Shown here piece by piece: positions 46,277 through 55,105 of a DNA stretch of 64,000 bases. The notes beneath the pieces were generated by a model, which did no database searches, was not told where the DNA came from, and was given only the letters and a program-made list of their open reading frames with translations. Source of the DNA: Acidimicrobiales bacterium (GTDB lineage: Bacteria > Actinomycetota > Acidimicrobiia > Acidimicrobiales > JADJXE01); contig JADJXE010000001.1 of assembly GCA_016716005.1 (NCBI GenBank), forward strand, positions 1,615,011 to 1,679,010. The letters are read 5' to 3'. The position numbers and the translations under genes are program-made. The first letter of the stretch is position 1, and the number at the start of each line of letters is the position of its first letter.

Positions 46277-46984
46277 TCAGCCCTTCGGCACCTCGTACTT
46301 GTAGCCGAGGCCCCGGATGGTGACGATCCGAGTGGGCGCCGTCGGGTCGTCCTCGACCTTGGCGCGCAACCGCTTGACGTGCACGTCGAGCGTCTTGGTG
46401 TCCCCGACGTAGTCGGCCCCCCAGACGCGGTCGATCAGGGTGTCGCGGGTGAGCACGCGGCCGGCGTTCTCGAGGAGGAGGGCGAGCAGCTCGAACTCCT
46501 TGAGCGGCAGCTTCGCGTCGGCGCCGCGGATCACCACCTCGTGGCGCTCGGGGTCGAGGCGGACGTCGCCGACCTCGAGCACCTCGCCGCCGCGCTCCTC
46601 GGAGGCACCCGCCGGCGCGCGGCGGAGCACGGCCCGCATCCGGGCGACGAGCTCGTGCAGCCGGTAGGGCTTGGTCACGTAGTCGTCGGCACCCACCTCG
46701 AGGCCGACGACGGTATCGATCTCGGAGGCCTTGGCCGTCACCATGATGATCGGCACCCGCGACCGGGCCCGCAGCTGACGGCAGACGTCGATGCCGGAGA
46801 CCTTCGGGAGCATCACGTCGAGCAGCACCAGGTCGGGGCGCACCACGTCGAACAGCTCGAGCGCCTGCGCGCCGTCGGTGGCCACCTGCACGCGAAAGCC
46901 CTCGCGCCGGAGGCCCACGGTGAGGGCGTCGACGAAGGAGTCCTCGTCCTCCACGATCAGGACCGTGGTGTCGGGCGGCGTCAT
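46277..46984 (-). CDS. regX3: OmpR-family response regulator, RegX3-like
   Basis: ...VLIVEDE...LLDVMLPKVSGIDVCRQLRARSRVPIIMVTAKASEIDTVVGLEVGADDYVTKPY... closely parallels mycobacterial RegX3. Confidence 0.9.
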   Translation of the reverse strand: MTPPDTTVLIVEDEDSFVDALTVGLRREGFRVQVATDGAQALELFDVVRPDLVLLDVMLPKVSGIDVCRQLRARSRVPIIMVTAKASEIDTVVGLEVGADDYVTKPYRLHELVARMRAVLRRAPAGASEERGGEVLEVGDVRLDPERHEVVIRGADAKLPLKEFELLALLLENAGRVLTRDTLIDRVWGADYVGDTKTLDVHVKRLRAKVEDDPTAPTRIVTIRGLGYKYEVPKG

Positions 46985-47020
46985 CGCGTGCTCCTCCTGG
47001 GGGATGGGCCGGGCACGGCC

Positions 47021-48211
47021 TCAGCCGGCCTCGGCCACGTCGGGCCGCCGGACGGCGACCGGTCCGGGCCCGGCCGGCAGCCGCAGGGTGAAGGTGGATC
47101 CCTCGCCCTCGTGCGAGACCACCGCGACCTCGCCGTCGTGGTTGTTCATGACGTGCCGGACGATGGCCAGGCCGAGCCCGGTGCCGCCCGTCTCCCGGCT
47201 GCGCGCCCGGTCGACCCGGTAGAACCGCTCGAAGACCCGCTCGAGGTCGCGCGCGGGGATCCCGGCCCCGTGATCCACCACCTGCAGCTCCACCAGCGAG
47301 CCGTCGGTGCCGGTGCGGACCTCGACCACGGACCCCCCGTCGCTGTACTTCACGGCGTTGTCGAGCAGGTTGGCGAGCGCCGACACCAGCTGGCGCCGCT
47401 CGCCCACCACGGACAGGCGGTGGCTGGGCTCGTCGACGTGGATCGCGATGTCGCGCGCGTCCGCTGCCGAGCGCACCCGCCCGACGGCCTCGGCGACCAG
47501 CAGGTGCACGGGCACCGGCTCTCGCACGGGGGTCTCGTCGGCCTCGATGCGCGAGAGCTCGAGCAGGTCGTCGATGATCCGGGCCACCCGCTCCGACTCG
47601 TGGAGCATGCGAGCGGTGAGCCGGCGCGAGACCTCGGGGTCGTCCTCGGCGGCGAGGGTCTCGGCCAGCAGGGCCAGCGCGCCCACCGGCGTCTTCAGCT
47701 CGTGGCTGATGTTGGCCACGAAGTCGCGCCGCACGGTGTCGACCCGCCGGCGCTCGGTGATGTCCTCGATGACGGCCAGCGCGCCGTTGATCCGATCGCG
47801 CGCCGCCAGCGGCTCGGCCGTGATCACCACCGTCCGCCGCGGCGGCCCGAACAGCTCCAGGGAGCGCCTGCCCGCCCGGCCGGTCAGGGCCGTCTCGAGG
47901 AGATCCTCGGTGGTCTTGGCCAGCAGCGCGTCGCCGTGGCGGCCGCCCTCCACCTCGGCGGCCACCCGGTTGCGTACCACCACGTTCCCGGCGGCGTCGC
48001 ACAGCACGACGCCCTGGTGGATGGCGTCGAGGCCCACGGCCAGCTGGTGGGCGATGGCCTCCTGCTCGGCGGCGCGGGCCCGGGTGTCACCGGTGGTCCG
48101 CTCGAGCCGGGCGACGTGCCGCTGCGCCACGACGGCCTGCCGCCGCACCAGCACCAACGCGACGGTCAGGCCGGCGACGGCGATGGCGGCCGCGATCAGG
48201 GCGACGGCCAC
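47021..48211 (-). CDS. senX3: sensor histidine kinase, SenX3-like
   Basis: GTG at 48211, 4 nt after the surE stop. TM helix, PAS-like region, H-box FVANISHELKTP, and HATPase GTGLGLAIV. Confidence 0.85.
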   Translation of the reverse strand: MAVALIAAAIAVAGLTVALVLVRRQAVVAQRHVARLERTTGDTRARAAEQEAIAHQLAVGLDAIHQGVVLCDAAGNVVVRNRVAAEVEGGRHGDALLAKTTEDLLETALTGRAGRRSLELFGPPRRTVVITAEPLAARDRINGALAVIEDITERRRVDTVRRDFVANISHELKTPVGALALLAETLAAEDDPEVSRRLTARMLHESERVARIIDDLLELSRIEADETPVREPVPVHLLVAEAVGRVRSAADARDIAIHVDEPSHRLSVVGERRQLVSALANLLDNAVKYSDGGSVVEVRTGTDGSLVELQVVDHGAGIPARDLERVFERFYRVDRARSRETGGTGLGLAIVRHVMNNHDGEVAVVSHEGEGSTFTLRLPAGPGPVAVRRPDVAEAG

Positions 48212-48215
48212 GGCG

Positions 48216-48989
48216 TCACGCGGACCGGCGCAGGACCGACCGCTCGATGCGGGCGGCCACGTCGGTCGGCTCGGTCGACCGGATGCCGGTGATGGACGTG
48301 ACGGCCACGAAGCCGGCACCCACCAGAGCGGTGTCGGTGTCGGCCGGCAGCTCGGCCCCGGTGGCCCGCAGCTCCATCTGCAGCCGGCCGTCGGTGGCCT
48401 CGGCGATGGCCGCCCGCACCGTGCCGAAGGGGGCGAGCCGGGCCCAGCGCACCCCGCGCACCTCGGCCAGCGGCAGGTTCGGGACGTTCACGTTCAGCAC
48501 CGTGCGGTCCTCGGCGGACCGCACCCACTCGACCGCGGCGACGGCGAGCGCGCCGGCGGTGTCCCAGTGGTGGGCGTCGCCGTCGTCGATGCTCACGGCC
48601 ACGCCCGCCACCCCGAAGTTGGCGGCGGTGAGCGCCGCGCCCACGGTGCCCGAGTGCAGGGTGGACCGGCCGGTGTTGTTCCCCGGGTTGATCCCCGACA
48701 CCACCAGCCCCGGCGGGTCGCCGAACCCACCCAGCCGGGCCGCGATCACGCAGAGGGCGGGCGGCCCGTCGACCCCGTAGGCGGGCACGCCGGCCAGCCC
48801 CGGCAGCTCCACCTGCTCCACCTCGACGTGCTCGTCGGCGTGGAGCCGGCCGATGGCGGCACCGCTGCCGCTCATGTCCGCGAGGGGCGCGGCCACGATG
48901 ACGTCGAGGCCCGCCCCGGCAAGTGCCCGGGCCAAGGCGTGGAGCCCGGCGGCACGGATGCCGTCGTCGTTCGTGACGAGCACCCGCAC
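48216..48989 (-). CDS. surE: 5'/3'-nucleotidase SurE
   Basis: GTG at 48989. VRVLVTNDDGIRAAGL...SGINPGNNTG...SGTVGAA. Confidence 0.85.
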   Translation of the reverse strand: MRVLVTNDDGIRAAGLHALARALAGAGLDVIVAAPLADMSGSGAAIGRLHADEHVEVEQVELPGLAGVPAYGVDGPPALCVIAARLGGFGDPPGLVVSGINPGNNTGRSTLHSGTVGAALTAANFGVAGVAVSIDDGDAHHWDTAGALAVAAVEWVRSAEDRTVLNVNVPNLPLAEVRGVRWARLAPFGTVRAAIAEATDGRLQMELRATGAELPADTDTALVGAGFVAVTSITGIRSTEPTDVAARIERSVLRRSA

Positions 48990-48994
48990 GCCCG

Positions 48995-49828
48995 TCAGCC
49001 CCCCGGCGACCCGGCGTCGGCGGCCGTGCGGTCGGCGTCGGCGGCCGTGCGGTCGGCCGTGCGGTCGGCCGTGCGGTCGGCCATGTCGGCGGCCGTGCGG
49101 TCGGCCATGTCGGTGGCCGCGGCCCGGCCCTCGACCCGCTGGCGGGCCGCCTTGCGGGCCGCGGCCTCGTGCTCGGGCAGCCACCCGGTCACCATGTACT
49201 CCACCCGCTCGCCGATGTTCACGGCGTGGTCGCCGATGCGCTCGTAGAAGCGGGCGATCATCGCCAGCTGCACCGCCACCTGGAGGTCGACGGCACCGCC
49301 CGAGAAGCACTGGAAGATGGCCTCGATGAACTGCCCGTGGAGGTCGTCGAGGCGGTCGTCGATGTCGTCGAGGGCCGCGGCCAGCGGGGCGTCACGCTCG
49401 ACGTAGGCGTCGATGGCGTGCCGGAACAGGGTGACCGCCTCCTCGCTCATGTGGGCGATGAGGCCCCGCAGGCGGGGGTCGAGGGGCACGCCGTAGATGC
49501 GCCGGGCCGCCTTCACGATGTTCACGACCAGGTCGCCCGAGCGCTCGATCTCGCCGCACATGCGGATGGCGGTCACGATCGCCCGCAGGTCGCTGGCCAT
49601 CGGCTGCTGCAGCGCCAGCAGCTGGAAGCAGCTCTCCTCCACCTCGAGGGCCAGCTCGTTCACGGCGTCGTCGCCCTGCACGATCTCCTCGGCCGCCTCG
49701 AGGTCGCCCTCGAGCAGCACCTCGGTCGCCCTCGGCAGCGTCTCGGTCACCATGGCGCCCAGCTTCACGAGCTCGGCGCCCACCTCTTCGAGGTGGTGGT
49801 GGAACGACTTGCGCATCTCGGGGCTCAT
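48995..49828 (-). CDS. phoU: phosphate-signalling protein PhoU (paralogue 1) with repeat tail
   Basis: 277 aa. Two PhoU repeats (ASDLRAIVTAIRMCGEIERSGD / ARFYERIGDHAVNI), plus a C-terminal ...DMADRTAADMADRTADRTADRTAADADRTAADA tail. Confidence 0.9.
   Translation of the reverse strand: MSPEMRKSFHHHLEEVGAELVKLGAMVTETLPRATEVLLEGDLEAAEEIVQGDDAVNELALEVEESCFQLLALQQPMASDLRAIVTAIRMCGEIERSGDLVVNIVKAARRIYGVPLDPRLRGLIAHMSEEAVTLFRHAIDAYVERDAPLAAALDDIDDRLDDLHGQFIEAIFQCFSGGAVDLQVAVQLAMIARFYERIGDHAVNIGERVEYMVTGWLPEHEAAARKAARQRVEGRAAATDMADRTAADMADRTADRTADRTAADADRTAADAGSPGG
49015..49115. repeat. nested 12-/21-bp tandem repeats (cgtgcggtcggc core)
   Basis: Read directly: two 21-mers gtcggcggccgtgcggtcggc, two 12-mers, and two catgtcgg-extended units. 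In frame (ADRT/AADM). Confidence 0.8.
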
Positions 49829-49884
49829 GGCCGCAAGCCTCCCTCACCCGACGCGCGTGGGGCACACCGCCGCCGGCCACCCAC

Positions 49885-50559
49885 CTAGCGCACCTCGACC
49901 GACAGGTGGGCCGGGTCGCCGGTGAGCAGGTAGCGCACCCGCGCCCCGATGATCACGGTGTGATCCGCGATGCGCTCGAGCGAGCGCCCGGCGGTGAGCG
50001 CCTTCACGGCCACCTCCACCGCGTCCACGCCCTCGAGCCGGAAGATCTCGCCCATCAGCCGGGCGAAGTGGGCGTCCATCACGTTGTCGCGCCGGGCCAG
50101 GCCGGTGGCCAGGTCGAGGTCGCGGGCCGACCAGGCCCGCAGCGACACCCGGTACAGCTCGATCGCCTCGGCGGCCATCGACAGGAGGATGTCGAACACC
50201 CCCGAGTGGGCGGCGAGCAGGGGCTGGTCGGGCGCCAGCTTGATCACGCGCAGCGCCAGGTCGCCGATGCGCTCGAGCTCGCTCAGCACCCGCAGCACCG
50301 ACACAACCAGCCGCAGATCCGACGCCATCGGTGCCTCGAGGCACAGCAGGTCGTAGCAGCGCTCCGTGAGCGACACCAGCATGGCGTCGACGTCGTCGTC
50401 GGCGTTGACGGCACGCTCGGCCTCGACCAGGTCGCCGGTCTCGAGCACGGTGCGCATGCGCTCCAGGTTCTGGTCGACCCGCACGGCCATCAGCTCGACC
50501 TGCAGGCGGAGCTGGTCGAGCTGCTCGGCGAACGCGACGCGTAGGGGCTGGTCGGCCAC
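49885..50559 (-). CDS. phoU: PhoU (paralogue 2)
   Basis: 224 aa. ASDLRLVVSVLRVLSELERIGD / GRSLERIADHTVII. Starts 7 nt after the pstB stop. Confidence 0.9.
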   Translation of the reverse strand: MADQPLRVAFAEQLDQLRLQVELMAVRVDQNLERMRTVLETGDLVEAERAVNADDDVDAMLVSLTERCYDLLCLEAPMASDLRLVVSVLRVLSELERIGDLALRVIKLAPDQPLLAAHSGVFDILLSMAAEAIELYRVSLRAWSARDLDLATGLARRDNVMDAHFARLMGEIFRLEGVDAVEVAVKALTAGRSLERIADHTVIIGARVRYLLTGDPAHLSVEVR

Positions 50560-50566
50560 GGGATCC

Positions 50567-51430
50567 TCAGCCGAACCGGCCGGTGACGTAGTTCTCGGTG
50601 CGCTCGTCCGACGGGTTGGAGAAGATCTTCTCGGTCCGGTCGTACTCGACGAGCACCCCCGTGCGGGTGTCGCTGGCCGGGTTGACCTCGGCGGTGAAGA
50701 AGGCCGTCATGTCGCTCACCCGGGCCGCCTGCTGCATGTTGTGGGTGACGATCACGATCGTGTACTCGCTCTTGATCTCCTGCATGAGATCCTCGATGCG
50801 GGCGGTGGCGATGGGGTCGAGGGCCGAGCAGGGCTCGTCCATCAGCACCACCTCGGGGTCGACGGCGATGGCGCGGGCGATGCAGAGCCGCTGCTGCTGG
50901 CCGCCCGACAGGCCCATGGCCGACGCCTTGAGCCGGTCCTTCACCTCGTCCCACAGGGCCGCCTGGCGGAGCGACCGCTCGACGATGTCGTCGAGCTCGC
51001 CCTTCTTGGCCCCGTTGATCCTCGGCCCGAAGGCGATGTTGTCGTAGATCGACTTGGGGAAGGGGTTCGGCTTCTGGAACACCATGCCGATGCGACGCCG
51101 CACCTCGACCGGCTCCACCGCGGGGTCGTAGAGGTTCACCCCGTGATACAGCACCTGACCCTCGACCCTGGCCGTCTCGACCAGGTCGTTCATGCGGTTG
51201 AAGCACCGCAGCATCGTGGTCTTGCCGCACCCCGACGGCCCGATGAAGGCCGTGATCTCGTGCTTGCTGATCGCCATGTTGGCGTCGCGCACCGCCCGGA
51301 ACGCGCCGTAGAACACGCTGAGGTCGCGCACGTCGAACACGATGTCGGCGGAGCTGGGGGCGGGCGTCGGCTCCGCGGCCACGCCGGTCTCCTCCGCCGG
51401 CAGGTCGAGCGTGATCTCGTCGGGGCTCAT
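50567..51430 (-). CDS. pstB: phosphate ABC transporter ATP-binding protein PstB
   Basis: ATG at 51430 (ATGA overlap with pstA). [34 protein letters not shown]. Confidence 0.95.
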   Translation of the reverse strand: MSPDEITLDLPAEETGVAAEPTPAPSSADIVFDVRDLSVFYGAFRAVRDANMAISKHEITAFIGPSGCGKTTMLRCFNRMNDLVETARVEGQVLYHGVNLYDPAVEPVEVRRRIGMVFQKPNPFPKSIYDNIAFGPRINGAKKGELDDIVERSLRQAALWDEVKDRLKASAMGLSGGQQQRLCIARAIAVDPEVVLMDEPCSALDPIATARIEDLMQEIKSEYTIVIVTHNMQQAARVSDMTAFFTAEVNPASDTRTGVLVEYDRTEKIFSNPSDERTENYVTGRFG

Positions 51431-52371
51431 GCCGTCCTCTTCTTCTCGTAGCGGTTGCGGAGCAGGATCGCCGCGGCGTTGGCCGTGAGCAGCACGACGA
51501 GCATCACCACGATGGCGGCCGAGGTGAGCTCGCGGAACTCCTGGCTCGGCTGGCGGGCCCAGTTGAACACCACGTAGGGCAGCGCCGTGAAGGGGCCCTG
51601 GAGCTTCTCGTAGAGCGAGACGTTCGCGGCCGTCGAGTAGAACGTGGCCGCCCCGATCAGGATGAGCGGCGCGGCCTCGCCCAGCGCCCGCGCCAGCGAC
51701 AGCACCGTGCCGGTCAGGATCCCGGGCGCGGCGTACGGCAGCACGTGGCTGCGGGTGACCTCCCAGCGGGTGGCACCCACGCCGAAGCCCGCCTCGCGGA
51801 TCGACTGGGGCACCGCCCGCAGCGCCTCGGCGGCGGTGATGATCACGATCGGCAGCACGAGGATGGCGATGGTGAGCCCGGCCGAGATGATGGAGCGGCC
51901 CCCGGTGAACCCCTTCAGGGCGCCCACGAAGATCGACAGCCCGAGCAGGCCGTAGACCACCGAGGGCACGCCCGCGAGGTTCCGGATGTTCACGCTCACG
52001 ATCCGCGTGAACCAGCTCTCCTTGGCGTACTCCTCGAGGTAGATGGCCGCCCCGATGCCGATCGGGAAGGTGAGGATCACCACGAACAGCCCCACGATGA
52101 ACGAGCCGTAGATGGCCTGCCACACGCCGGCCCGCTCGGGGTCGGGCGAGAGGGGCGAGGTGACGAAGCTCCAGCCCCGGTCCGCGAAGGTGGCCAGGGA
52201 GCCGCTGATCACGTCGACCATCAGCACGATCAGGATCACGAGCGAGCCGAGCAGCGCCACCAGCAGGAGCACTTGGAACACGTAGCCCGCGGCGCTGCCC
52301 CGGTGACCGGTGATCGCCTTGCGGACCGCCTCGGTGGTGCCCGAGGGACGCGGCGGGGATGCGATGGCCAT
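51427..52371 (-). CDS. pstA: phosphate ABC transporter permease PstA
   Basis: 314-aa polytopic ORF. Position in pstSCAB order, and an EAA-like loop [12 protein letters not shown]. Confidence 0.9.
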   Translation of the reverse strand: MAIASPPRPSGTTEAVRKAITGHRGSAAGYVFQVLLLVALLGSLVILIVLMVDVISGSLATFADRGWSFVTSPLSPDPERAGVWQAIYGSFIVGLFVVILTFPIGIGAAIYLEEYAKESWFTRIVSVNIRNLAGVPSVVYGLLGLSIFVGALKGFTGGRSIISAGLTIAILVLPIVIITAAEALRAVPQSIREAGFGVGATRWEVTRSHVLPYAAPGILTGTVLSLARALGEAAPLILIGAATFYSTAANVSLYEKLQGPFTALPYVVFNWARQPSQEFRELTSAAIVVMLVVLLTANAAAILLRNRYEKKRTA

Positions 52372-52378
52372 CGGTACC

Positions 52379-53338
52379 TCAGTACTTCTGGCGGACCCGC
52401 TCGACGAAGCGGGTCGCGACGACGTTGAGCACGAGCGTGATCAGGAACAGCAGCAGCCCCACGAAGAAGAGGCTCTGGTAGGCGATGCTGCCGCCCTTGA
52501 GCTGGTCGGTGCCGGCGGCGAGCGAGGCCATGGCCGCGGTCATCGTCTGGCCGGGCTGGAGCGGGTCGGTGCTGAACAGCGAGCCCCCGGTCGCGCCGGC
52601 CGCGATGGCCACCACCATGGTCTCGCCGATGGCACGCGACACGGCGACGATGAAGGCGGCCACCAGGCCGGAGACGGCGGCGGGCACCACGACGCGGAGG
52701 GTGGTGGTGATCTTGCGGGCGCCCACCCCGTAGCTGGCTTCGCGCAGCGAGCTCGGCACCGACCGGAGCGCGTCCTCGGAGATCGACGCCACCAGGGGGA
52801 TGGTGAGGATCCCCACGCCGATGCCGGCGGCCAGGAAGTTGAACAGGTTCGCCCCGCTGAAGATCTTCTGGACGAGCTCGGGCGAGATGAAGGTGAGGGC
52901 GAAGAAGCCCAGCACCACGCTGGGGATGCCGGCCAGCACCTCGAGGGCCGGCTTGAGCCACTTGCGCACCTGCGGGTGGGCGTACTCGGCCAGGTAGATG
53001 GCGGTCCCGAGGCCGAGCGGAGCGGCCACGATCATGGCGATGCCCGTGACGATGAGGCTGCCGACGAAGATCGTCTTCACGTCGAACAGCCCGCGCCGCG
53101 GGAACCAGCCGATCGTCCACAGGTCGGCGAGGGGCACGGTGCTGAAGAACCGCCAGGCCTCCCCGATCAGCGACAGCACGATCAGCACGCTGATCACGAT
53201 CGAGAGCACGGCGGCCGCGCCCACGAGCCCGCGGACGATCGACTCCTTGCGCCGACGCCTGGCCGAGTAGCGGAAGTCGTGGACGGTGAGCACCCGGGGC
53301 GGGGGCAGCGCGTCGGCGATCACGGCCACGGGGAGCAC
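52379..53338 (-). CDS. pstC: phosphate ABC transporter permease PstC
   Basis: 319-aa polytopic ORF. REASYGVGARK loop. Follows pstS. Confidence 0.9.
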   Translation of the reverse strand: MLPVAVIADALPPPRVLTVHDFRYSARRRRKESIVRGLVGAAAVLSIVISVLIVLSLIGEAWRFFSTVPLADLWTIGWFPRRGLFDVKTIFVGSLIVTGIAMIVAAPLGLGTAIYLAEYAHPQVRKWLKPALEVLAGIPSVVLGFFALTFISPELVQKIFSGANLFNFLAAGIGVGILTIPLVASISEDALRSVPSSLREASYGVGARKITTTLRVVVPAAVSGLVAAFIVAVSRAIGETMVVAIAAGATGGSLFSTDPLQPGQTMTAAMASLAAGTDQLKGGSIAYQSLFFVGLLLFLITLVLNVVATRFVERVRQKY

Positions 53339-53444
53339 CTCCGAGCTGGGCCGGGCGAGGGGGGACGGACGGAGATCACGGTACTGCGGCGGGCGGGGCC
53401 GGGCTCAGGGCCCGGCCCCGCGATCCGCCGGCGGTCCAGGGCGA

Positions 53445-54530
53445 TCAGCCGCCCACGGCCGACGACCAGGCCGACCGGGCGGCCTCGAGGTCGGCGGCCG
53501 GCTCGGCCACGTACCCCACGTCGGTGACGTTGGCGATGCCCTCGTCGGACAGGTAGTAGTCGACGAACGCGGCCACCGCCGGGTTGTCCTGCGCCTTGGC
53601 CACGTCCACGTAGATGAACAGCGGCCGGGAGATCGGGTACGTGCCATCGGCGATCGTCTCCGGCGTCGGACCGACGCAGCCGTCGCCGCCGTCGACCTCG
53701 ATGGCCTTCATCCGGCCCTGCTCCTCCTGGTAGAAGGCGAAGCCGACCCAGCCGAGCGAGGTGTCCGACCCCTCGATGCCCTCGACGATCACGTTGTCGT
53801 TGGGCGAGGCGGTGTAGTCGGGGCGGGTCTGCCACTCCTCCTCGGGGAGGCCCTGGGTCTCGGCGATCGGCGCGATCACCGTCTCCACGAAGAAGTCGTA
53901 CGTGCCCGACTCCTCACCGGGCCCGGTGATGGCCAGGGGCGCGTCGGGCAGGTCGGTGAAGGCCGAGCCGACCGTGGCAGCCAGCTCGTTGGCGTCGCTC
54001 CAGCTGCTGAAGCCGGTCGACTCGGGGCCGACCAGGGCGTACAGGGCGCCGAAGTCGAGGCAGGTGACGGCCTCGTTGTTCGGGCTGGTGGCCACCGTGA
54101 TGCCGTCGTCGCCGACCTTCAGCTCGACGAACTCCACGCCGGCCTCGGCGCACGCGGCCGCCTCCTCGTCCTTGATGGCGCGGGAGGCGCCGGTGACGTC
54201 GGCGCCACCGGAGCAGAAGATCTCCATACCGTCGCCCGTGCCGGGGCCCGACACCTCGATCGACAGGTCCGGGTTGGCGTCGGACAAGGCCTGGGCGACG
54301 GCCGCCGAGATGGGCTCGACCGTCGACGAGCCGGTCACCACGACCGACCCCGACACGCCGGTCGGCGCCCCGCCGCCCGAGGTGGTCTCGGAGCCGCCGG
54401 TCGTGGCGGTGGTGGCCTCGGTGGTGTCCGAGGTGGAGTCGTCGTCGTCGTCACCGCAGGCGGCGGCGACCAGCGAGAGCGACAGGAGCACGGCGACGAG
54501 GGTCGCGATGCGGCGCTTGGAACGGAACAC
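53445..54530 (-). CDS. pstS: phosphate-binding lipoprotein PstS
   Basis: GTG start with AGGAGG 8 nt upstream. Lipobox LVAAACGDD. ...VTGSSTVEP... Confidence 0.9.
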   Translation of the reverse strand: MFRSKRRIATLVAVLLSLSLVAAACGDDDDDSTSDTTEATTATTGGSETTSGGGAPTGVSGSVVVTGSSTVEPISAAVAQALSDANPDLSIEVSGPGTGDGMEIFCSGGADVTGASRAIKDEEAAACAEAGVEFVELKVGDDGITVATSPNNEAVTCLDFGALYALVGPESTGFSSWSDANELAATVGSAFTDLPDAPLAITGPGEESGTYDFFVETVIAPIAETQGLPEEEWQTRPDYTASPNDNVIVEGIEGSDTSLGWVGFAFYQEEQGRMKAIEVDGGDGCVGPTPETIADGTYPISRPLFIYVDVAKAQDNPAVAAFVDYYLSDEGIANVTDVGYVAEPAADLEAARSAWSSAVGG

Positions 54531-54608
54531 TGATGCCCCTCCTGATCGGGCGATGTCGGTTACCGCGAGGACGGTAGGGAGCCGCGGTGGCGGCGGGCCA
54601 CCGCCAGG

Positions 54609-54629
54609 GTGAACGGACAGTGAACGGAC
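54609..54629 (-). promoter_or_regulatory. putative Pho box: GTCCGTTCAC x2 with 11-nt periodicity upstream of pstS
   Basis: The plus strand reads gtgaacggac a gtgaacggac. GTTCAC-type 11-nt direct repeats are the known recognition pattern of actinobacterial PhoP/PhoR/RegX3-type regulators. Lies 80-100 nt upstream of the pstS start. Confidence 0.6.
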
Positions 54630-54644
54630 GGCGAACGTTCGCCC

Positions 54645-55097
54645 TCAGCCCAGCGCGGCGGCCACGACCTCGCCGTCCCGGGGGTACGTCAGCAGCGACG
54701 CGGCCTCGTCGGGCGGCAGCCAGCGGATCTCGTCCACCTCGCGGTTGGGCTCGAACGTGCCGCCCTCCACCTGCATCTCCCAGTAGCGGACCGTCTTCGG
54801 CCGGCCGAAGCGGTCGTGGTACTCGACGGTGGCCAGCTCGCGGCCGAGGGAGCACCGCAGCCCGGTCTCCTCCCACACCTCGCGGCGCGCGCAGGCGGCC
54901 TCGGTCTCCCCCGGGTCGAGCTTGCCCTTGGGCAGGCTCCAGTCGTCGTACTTGGGGCGGTGGACCACCAGCACCTCCACCCCGGCACCGTGCGCCGGCC
55001 GGACCACCACGCCGCCGGCGGCCCGCACCACGCCGTCGCCGTCGACGCCTCCCTGGCCGATCCCGCCCCGGGCGTCGTTGCCGCGCGCAGACACCAC
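54645..55097 (-). CDS. NUDIX hydrolase (MutT1-like N-domain)
   Basis: GTG at 55097 (GGGAG 5 nt upstream). Nudix box GKLDPGETEAACARREVWEETG. Confidence 0.85.
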   Translation of the reverse strand: MVSARGNDARGGIGQGGVDGDGVVRAAGGVVVRPAHGAGVEVLVVHRPKYDDWSLPKGKLDPGETEAACARREVWEETGLRCSLGRELATVEYHDRFGRPKTVRYWEMQVEGGTFEPNREVDEIRWLPPDEAASLLTYPRDGEVVAAALG

Positions 55098-55105
55098 CGG
55101 CTCCC

